From Chrysomallon squamiferum (Eukaryota > Animalia > Mollusca), in assembly GCA_012295275.1 (NCBI GenBank), contig CM022679.1, positions 12,772,001 through 12,836,000 of the forward strand: DNA of 64,000 nt, in the 5' to 3' direction. The position numbers and the translations under genes are program-made. Of the stretch, positions 55,695 through 64,000 are shown one piece after another (the stretch's first letter is position 1; every line of letters begins with the position of its first letter). Under the pieces are notes generated by a model. The model was not told the origin of the DNA. It did no database searches and saw only the letters and a list, made by a program, of their open reading frames with translations.

Positions 55695-56547
55695 TTATGT
55701 AGCGACGTCATCGCCTCCAGCCTCATCTGCTCCATCTTCATCCACGGCTTCTTCAACTGCAAAATACAGTCCAATATGAAGCTATTTCTAGTATATATGA
55801 TTTAGTATCGCGTACAAATGTGGAACCATTATGAATAGATCGGAGAAACCAGCTTATTACTTACGTTCATTTTTATCTACGAAGTTGAAGCCGTCCAATT
55901 CGGCTGCGTCCAGTTTGCGATCACCTGTAAAAAAAAAAATTGAAAATGATGACAGTATGTGCTAAATACGTCATTATATTTGTTAATATAATTTTATTAA
56001 ACCGATTAGATATTGAACACGTGATCGATGTGTAAAATCGAAATCTCCGGATTTACCATTTGCATCTGCTTTACGGAATTTTTTCATCTGGATGACGTTG
56101 GTGGGTTTCAATCCAGAAGCTACAGAGATTTCATGGAGATCGACAAACCCATCTTGATTCAAATCCATTTCGTGAAAAGCAGCCATGTCGTCAGCATCCT
56201 ACAAATACATCACAAATTTGTGTACATTATGCAAGTTATTGGGCAATTTGTAATATTTAATACAAAGGAAAAAATGCTTTCAGACACTGTTGTATTTATC
56301 CAGTTCACGTTTATAAAATGTATTTTTACTTCACTACCTCTGCTGGAGGAGCACGCTCGTCCAGTCCCCTCTTCCTCTTGCACACCTTGCATGCCCAGCT
56401 TCTGGCCCATCTGCACGCGGCCATACAACCGTATTTATGGGCGGGACTGACCCTAATTCTGCGAATGGATCGAAAGAACCAGCCGTCGACATTCTCTGGT
56501 ACCAAAGTCAGAACGAAAAGCACCAACAAGAAATGCGTAGCTTTCAT
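55695..56547 (-). CDS. Secreted cationic Cys-peptide / double EF-hand precursor, copy B (157 aa); join(56547-56338, 56198-56057, 55924-55865, 55756-55695)
   Basis: Same exon sizes (210/142/60/62) and GT-AG sites as copy A. By hand comparison there are 9 nt and 5 aa differences (T3A, Y5H, K85Q, L108M, V125A); the mature cationic peptide is identical. Confidence 0.9.
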
Positions 56548-56857
56548 GCTGAAAAAACACGATGGATACGGGAATTGAGTTCTGTTCATTTAATTTAAGG
56601 TCGAAATATTCAACAAAACCAGAATCAGATGCGCAAGAACGTCCCCCTTTTTTCCCCCCCCATTCACAATGACATTTTAATTTACATCTGTGAGTTATTA
56701 TCCGGTCTCATAATTGAAGAGCGGTCGGATTGAGCCGTTTTTTGTTCTGTGTTGTTTTTTTGTTTTTGTTTTTAATTTGGTAATTTTTCTCTTTATTTAT
56801 TTTTTCTCTTTAGTATTATCGAATTTAGTTTTGTAAAGATAAATTTTAAAACTTTAC

Positions 56858-56918
56858 CTGAACAGGTATCGCAGACAGAAAGGATGAGAAGAGAAAAGCA
56901 GCTGGACTACGATTAAGT
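56858..56918 (-). other. Non-coding exon 1 (5' UTR) of copy B
   Basis: Donor CAG|GTAAAG at 56858/56857; acceptor ttttttcag|C ATG at 56548; Inr-like TCACTT with A at 56918, 29 nt from TATA; homologous to 53299-53359. Confidence 0.78.
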
Positions 56919-56997
56919 GACGAATCTGGAAAGTTGCTCTCTTTATAGAGATATAAAGTGTCACGTGGTCGAAAGGGTACCACGTTATGCACGTTTC
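56919..56997 (-). promoter_or_regulatory. Core promoter of copy B: TATA box and E-box/ACGTG cluster
   Basis: TATAAA on minus (56942-56947); GTCACGTGG 56960-56968; CACGT at 56981 and 56990. Confidence 0.75.
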
Positions 56998-58005
56998 GTT
57001 TGGGCCAAATCGTGCAAAATATTTTTGTGTTGCAGACCTGATGTCATTTGTGGGTGGGGTCTCATTCATGTTATTCCTTTAATGTTCTTCCAGTTGTTGT
57101 TGTTGTTGTTATTATTATTATTATTATTATTTTTGTTGTTGTTGTTGTTATTATTGTTATTATTATTATTATACTAATAGCTGCAGTAGTAGAAGCAGTC
57201 AATAAAATATAAAAAGAATACGAATATCAAGAAAAAACAGCAACAGAAAAAGAAAAAGCGGGATTGGATTATCATGTCGATTTACAATAAGTATGCTCTT
57301 TCCTGACGAAAGGAACATTCATATAAAATGAAAAAAAAAAAATTTCAGCTAATTAAACACGTAGTCAATTTTTTATCAGTTTATTTTAATATAATGGAAT
57401 TAATACAAAAAGCGTGAAGAAAGAGAAAGAAAAAAAAAGCATAAAAGTCAGAATATGTAGTAGCTTGTGCCTGTGTCGTGTGTAGTGACCTCACACGATT
57501 GTTGTAGTCATCGATTACTATTACTGATGAGTTTTGCTTCGGTGAGAAGATTCGTGAATTTACTATGGTCATGCAGAAAATTGTTTTTAAAAAAAATTAC
57601 ACTTAACCTTCAGTTAGTTTGAAAATAAATTTCGAAGACATTTTAACTACATTTCTTATTTAGGTGAAAGTGTACTCTTTGCTTTTCTGTTAATATGTTA
57701 CAGTTTTTTTTTTTTTTATTTACTAAATCAGGGTTAAATTTTGCGACTGCAATTGATTACTGCCAATACTTTTCAGTCAGAAAATCATGTCATATACGTA
57801 GTCAGACTAATCGTTTGACTCTATTTACAGTATATCTGGTAACGTTTGGAACAAACATTTTAGTTTATAAAAATCTGCAGCCTGTAATGGATTTCTTTTC
57901 TGCATTTTATAAATTGATTATTAAGTGAATAATTAATACACAGAAACACATTCTTAATTGATGTCTGTTCTTGTGTAAGAAACCAGTTAAATCATTTTAA
58001 TACAT

Positions 58006-58371
58006 TTTATTCAGAACCCGTTTATCCCAAAGTTTGTACAATTCCGATGAAGTTATGCAGCGACGTCATCGTCTCCAGTCTCATCTGCTCCATCTTCATC
58101 CACGGCTTCTTCAACTGCAAAAGAATACAGTCCGATTTAAATTCATTGTACGTACACTGATATAAGATACTTTTCATTTGTTATAGGTTATTTTCCGTTG
58201 ATCATATATGCAAATGTATAAATGATACATCGACATAAATGACCAATAAAATATAAACTACAAAGACGACATAATCGAACAGGCTCAAGAAACAACCAGA
58301 ATATTTTTATATGTTTATTTTTATTTACGAAATTGAAGTGTCCAATTCGGCTGCCTCCTGTTTGCAATCAT
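58006..58371 (-). pseudogene. Truncated third copy (C) of the peptide/EF-hand gene: exon 4 and exon 5 remnants only
   Basis: Exon 5 homolog 58114-58053 (EEAVDEDGADETGDDDVAA*) with intact acceptor and AATAAA at 58006-58011. Exon 4 homolog 58371-58313 is 59 nt (1-nt deletion leading to TAA) and its GT donor has become AT. No exon 2/3 homolog was seen to the right. Confidence 0.85.
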
Positions 58372-59722
58372 CTGAAAATTTCAATATTATTTATTAATCT
58401 AATTTATTAAGTTAGACAACTGACTGCATTTTATAAAAATGTAAACCGATTTCGTATTTAACAATTTGTGATGAATATCTTCTGCCAAATAAAGTGTTTT
58501 GCCATTAATATCGCACAGAAAAGAGTCTGCTTCCTATTGACCTTGAGGTGGAGAAGTTTTGAGTTGTACATTGATGCGGCAAATTCTCCGAAACATAATA
58601 TGCACTATCATTACCTAGCTTCGTAGAAATCAGCCAATACCCCAAATAATAATACATCATCTTTGATGCAAAACAAAAAGTCTAAATAAAACGAACCCGA
58701 AAAATACACTTTATATGATAAATTATATAAATATTATCATTAATGTAATAGATCTTAATCATTAATTTTATTGTTTATATTATTTCGACACTTTAAACTT
58801 GCAACAGTAAAAGAAACTGAAGTGAACATTTCCGCTCACTTCGGCCGATTTCGTGAGTCCCCGATGTTTGAACACTAAATACGTGAATACCGAGACTCAG
58901 CGTGTTATGTCCGATTTGATTAATTAACATGGAATCAAACCAGTAGCTATCGCGCAAGGCTGCGGTAATGTTGTGTAACAGATAATTTGTACGGACTACG
59001 CAATTTAGCGAGTAATGGATCAAGGTGTAAAAGTCACACTCCGCCGTTCATTTTCATCTTTACGAATCTACACATCCTCTAATTATTAGTAGTATTCATA
59101 CCGTAAAGTCCATCGGTCTCTCCGTTGATAACACAATCATTCATCAACCTTTTCAACCGTATTAATAACCAGTGGAATATTAAAGCATGTAATTCATGGG
59201 CACGTAATTCAGAAGTTATTGTTGTGTGTTCAAGACTATTAATTAGCCGAGGGTTTATACATAACAATTTTATGAGTGTGGGTTATTCCTGGCGTGTTTC
59301 AGTCAGAACTGTTTAAGCACGTCTGTCATGGACAATCTTTTGCTTCAGCAGAGAATTCTGTGTCAGACTGGATCGTGTTTTGGTGTTACATTTTCCTAAA
59401 TAGTTTTGGTCTCTTAAATGGATGCGATCCCAGAACCATCCAGTCTAAATCTCGATGAGCAAGCTTCAATCTTAACAGGCTGAAATCAACCTAACAACAA
59501 CAACAACAACAAAAAAAAAAAAATCATAAATAAATAAATTTTTTTTTATCCATACTGACCAAGGCGAACAAATACTTTTCTGTGCTAAGTTAACAAGAAG
59601 TTCTTTAAAGTCACAGTCATGGAGTTATCTTCAGTCGTTATGTAAACTACAGATTTTAAGAAACTGAATTCAACGATTCATTTATTATTCTTTTCTACAC
59701 TTCGAAAAAGGCAAAACAGTGG

Positions 59723-59756
<34 letters not shown>

Positions 59757-59879
59757 CATTTAAAAAAAGAAAAAAACAGTTATATTAATAGAAACGTTTC
59801 TATTGTAATTTCATTTCATCAGTATTAATGTAATTTCTTAACGATTAGATTCAGTAGCACATTTGAACATCGTATTTAA

Positions 59880-59899
59880 AATAATAATAATAATAATAA

Positions 59900-59943
<44 letters not shown>

Positions 59944-59944
59944 A
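59880..59944. repeat. (AAT)n(AGT)n microsatellite
   Basis: Seen directly. Confidence 0.9.
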
Positions 59945-60694
59945 TTAAAAATATAATAAATAATAAATAAATAAATTATTATAAAAAATAAAAACAATGG
60001 AGAGGTATAAATTTTCGTTCCATCCACGTAATTGTAATTTTATAAGTTATGATATTATGCAACTACTTCATACGTATTCACGCCATCAGTCCAACAAAGA
60101 AAGGTCAGATACACATGCATCTGTTTGTCACTGTAAAGGTTTTCATTAAAAAAACACACTTCAGAACTCTATTGTTAATTTAAGAGATTTCTGAACGCTG
60201 TATCGAAAGGAAAACAAATTAGTGCAGCATTCGATGAACTGCATTGCACCAACTGCAAAGGAAGGTCCATTAATTTTTGAAATTCGATGCTGTTCGTCAT
60301 AAAGCTTTAATTACCAAGGTTGAACTAGTTCTGCACCATTGTATTTAGCTTCTGCTGTTCCCTCTTACTTTTTCGTTAAATAAATAAATAAATGAATAAA
60401 TAAATAAATAAAAATCATACTCTTTCTCTTCTTTTGTTATTGTTCTTTTCTTTTTTGTTGTTGACGAGTTGGTTCTATATTGTTTCCTATCGTTTTTCAA
60501 AATTGCCACTGTTAGTAATAAGAATTAATATTACAAGTATAAATATTTTTTATCATTGCACTGTCTTTCAAAAGGGTTTGCACATGTGTTATAATAGATA
60601 TATGACTGTATTAATATAGCCGTTTTTCTTGTTTTATTGGATTGGTTTAATTATTAAAACATTTTGGTTTATTGTTATTATTGTTGTTATTATT

Positions 60695-60739
<45 letters not shown>

Positions 60740-61732
60740 TTGTTGTTTATTTTGTTTTGTTTTTATGTTTATTTATTTTTTTATTTGTTTTTGTTTATAT
60801 TTTATTTTATTTTGTTGTTTGTTTTTGGGGAGGGTTTTTTGTTGTTGTTTTTTTCTTTGCCATTTTGTTGTTTTTATTTTTGTTTTGTTTTTTCAACTTT
60901 TTAAATTCATCTCGGTACACGAACAGTAATAGTGATTATTGTATGTCTTTTATTTGTTGTCTAAGATTTGTTATCTTATTTTTGAAAAGACCGTCCAGAC
61001 GAAAATATTGATGCCTTCGGGCGACTCCGCCATGACGTCATTAGCGCCAACATGCCTACAAAGTACGCATTCGTTTGAAATAACAGCAATCGATCAACCA
61101 TTAAGATTGTCAACAAGAATATCGAATTTTCACATATCCTCAGAACTGTGTACGACCTCGGGCAGTGACAAAGAGAAGAGAAAAATAAATGGCAGTTTAT
61201 GATAGAACAAAGGTAGTGCTTATCGATAGAGGGTACATTAACGAAATCCATATATTAACCCGGTTACAGTATTACCTCAGTATTATGAATGTATACCACG
61301 ATTCTCTCCCTTGATTTCACCTCTTTTACTTTATTCCGGCGAAATATCCGGCCTCGTTTCGGTTTTGCTCTTGAAAGGCCCTCAGCCGATGGAGAAAGTA
61401 CAATGCTACATACTGTTAACGAATTTGCATTGAAAAATTATCCAAGAAGGAATAAATAGCCTGTTAGAGTTACAAGAAGCTTATTCATTGGTTAATTTGT
61501 TTTTCCGCCTAAAGAAACGCCCTGTATTGAGACTATTGTAATTCCGATGAACAGTGAGGCCGAACTGAATCGTTTGTAAACACACATGATAAAAGATAGC
61601 CATTATCTGTTGAGTCTTATTTGTTTATTTTTCTAGCTTATTTTTATAACATGTTTACTTTTATAACGTACATGTAATTCTGTCAAAAGGTAGACAAAAG
61701 GCAAAATTTTATTATTTAAATTTTATTTTATT

Positions 61733-61791
<59 letters not shown>

Positions 61792-62159
61792 TCAATAAGC
61801 CAGAGTTCTGAACAGAAAGACAGGTTATTATTTTTTTTTATTCTTATTAATCTTCTAATTTAACCAACATGCTAAAATGATTTCCATTTTGTTATTTTGT
61901 CATACGTTATTATTAGCAAAGACTGGTGGCTAGCATTACGAGATTTAAACAGAGGCTCAGATGATTAGTAGCAACGTATCCTTCATCTGCACAGACAAAG
62001 GAATAATCTAGTCGAGAAAATATTATCACAAAAAAACTAAAACTAAATAAAGAAATTTAAAAACAACCTAATAATAATCATACATATCTACATACATACA
62101 TACATATATACATACGCTTACAGTGATTACATTATTCTCCCCTTTCCATGTATATTGAT

Positions 62160-62162
<3 letters not shown>

Positions 62163-62246
<84 letters not shown>
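62163..62246. repeat. (CT)n(CA)n microsatellite
   Basis: Seen directly. Confidence 0.95.
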
Positions 62247-62712
62247 TTTTTTTTTTTTTTTTCTCTTTTTTTTTTTAATCTAAATTAATAGATTGAATTA
62301 CTGGACCGAACAGCCGAACGAAAGGCCACGCGATTAAATGCTTCTAATTAATTAGCTTTTTCCCTCGTATTGTCCCTGGGGACTCCCAGTCATAATATCA
62401 CTGTACAGATAGGAACCGAATCGGCTGGGTCACAAAAAGAGAAATAATACAAATGTATTATTGCTGTTATTGTTACTATCGTAGTTATTTTTCTGTTGTA
62501 GTTTGTTATTGTTATTGTTACTACCATCATCATCATCAACACCATCAGCAACACCAGCTGCAGCAGTCTTGTTGTACTTTTTGCTGGTTTATTATTACTG
62601 TCGTTGCTGTTGTTCGTCTCTCATTATTTCTTTGTCCGTGAAGCTAAAAAGCTAAATAACTTTACATGTCTATATCAGAAATATCGAGAATGCGCCGTGA
62701 AACACCTACATG

Positions 62713-62714
<2 letters not shown>

Positions 62715-62762
<48 letters not shown>

Positions 62763-62875
62763 CCCACACTCAAACACACACATATATATATATACACACA
62801 CATACATACATGCACACGTACGTACATATATATATACATACATATATACATAATACCTACATATACATACATACA

Positions 62876-62907
<32 letters not shown>

Positions 62908-62910
62908 CAT
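62715..62910. repeat. (CA)n/(CATA)n compound microsatellite
   Basis: Seen directly. Confidence 0.9.
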
Positions 62911-63136
62911 AGTGTATTTACATGCATGCATACGTATATATATTAGCTTTTCTTAACGGTTACGATTTGTTCGCTTACTACCGTATTTTGTTTTGTGTTT
63001 TCTTCTTTTTCTTAAGGGAGTATACTTTGGTTTGTTTATTTATTTATTCGTATATGATTAAGTTCCTGAACTCCAAATAACCAAATAAATAAACAAATAA
63101 AAACATAATAATAATAATAGTAATAATAATAATAAT

Positions 63137-63180
<44 letters not shown>

Positions 63181-63299
63181 ACAGTAGATGTCACCCAGCA
63201 AAACGAATAATTATAAACAGATAAATCATTACTTACTTTAAATCCAATCAAACAATATTCATACGTTTATAACTAATAAAAGTGGTGTTTTGTTGCATT

Positions 63300-63430
63300 G
63301 TTTTGTGATAAAAAAATTTACTGCTTTCATTTATGTTTGCCGCGGTGTCGCGGGCGTAAAGTGTAGTAGCGGAAGTCGTAAACCACGACGTTGTTTTGAT
63401 GAAAACGTTTCTTTCTGTCACGGCCATCAA
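63300..63430. promoter_or_regulatory. Small CpG/GC-rich island, possible promoter
   Basis: gccgcggtgtcgcgggcg and ETS-like GCGGAAGT (~63368-63375); consensus minus-strand donor GTAAGT at 63236-63231. No gene could be assigned. Confidence 0.35.
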
Positions 63431-64000
63431 TGATGCATAGTAAAATAAAATGTCAGAATGTTTTCTGTTTTTTTAATTTGGTCTCTCTTTAGGGACATTA
63501 GACTAGAAGGCCAACGGAAATTTGGTATCTTTTTTTTTTTTTTTTTTTTTTTTTCGTTTTTTTAGTTTATGTTTTATTTATTTATTTATTTTTTTTTTTT
63601 TTCTCCCTTATGTTGATTCTATTTTATTTGTTTGTAATTTTGAGAAAAAAAAAGAGTTAGCAAACACATTCGAAAGGATGAAAAAAGGTTTTATTTGCAC
63701 ATTACACGTGAGATCTTTTAATATTAAATTTAATTTTTCAAGCGAAATGATGTCAGGAATTACAAACATTTGGAGACAAAAAATATTCAGGCTCCACGCC
63801 TGCTTAAGGCTTATTGTTAATGTCACAATTTATAACTATTTTACTTAACAGTTCACACTTATTGTAACTGTACTTCTTTTTTATTATAATACTTCATTAT
63901 TCACTAAGGTTTATATCACCTAAAGAATGAAACAATTACATATAAAGAAAGACAATGCATTTAGCAACGGAATCGTAGACTTTCTGATGAGCATATTATA

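Noticed and set aside
56548-56589. N-terminal extension MNRTQFPYPSCFFS in track ORF 56326..56589
   Set aside because: It lies in intron 1 (acceptor immediately before C-ATG) and is absent from copy A.
57524-57570. CTGATGA followed by a cTTCGg hairpin, resembling a hammerhead ribozyme core
   Set aside because: The required CGAAA after stem II reads AGATT, and stems I and III do not pair in register.
59045-59066. cgttcattttcatctttacgaa, resembling the end of exon 4 of the peptide genes
   Set aside because: Too short and gapped, and the flanks do not align; likely chance.

Overview
AT-rich, microsatellite-rich eukaryotic genomic DNA with spliceosomal introns, most likely a mollusc (inferred from the PKC sequence and repeat content). 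There are two compartments. (1) Positions 1-~49.9 kb are the 5' part of a conventional Ca2+/DAG-dependent protein kinase C gene on the minus strand: exons 1-3 at 49848-49703, 49527-49496 and 29988-29906, a 19.5-kb intron 2, and an intron 3 of more than 29.9 kb running off the left edge. This part is visibly CpG-depleted except for a few small islands, one of which carries an X-box/YY1 motif pair. (2) Positions ~52.1-58.4 kb hold a tandem cluster that the ORF track misses because it is spliced: two intact 5-exon minus-strand genes and one truncated pseudogene copy. Each intact gene encodes a 157-aa secreted precursor: signal peptide, then a 34-aa Trp/Arg-rich peptide with 4 Cys and net charge about +8, then a KRKR convertase site, two canonical EF-hands and an acidic tail. 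This looks like a candidate undescribed antimicrobial/host-defence peptide family with a Ca2+-binding anionic propiece and is the main finding. All gene models were assembled by hand from splice signals and reading frame; no database searches were run.
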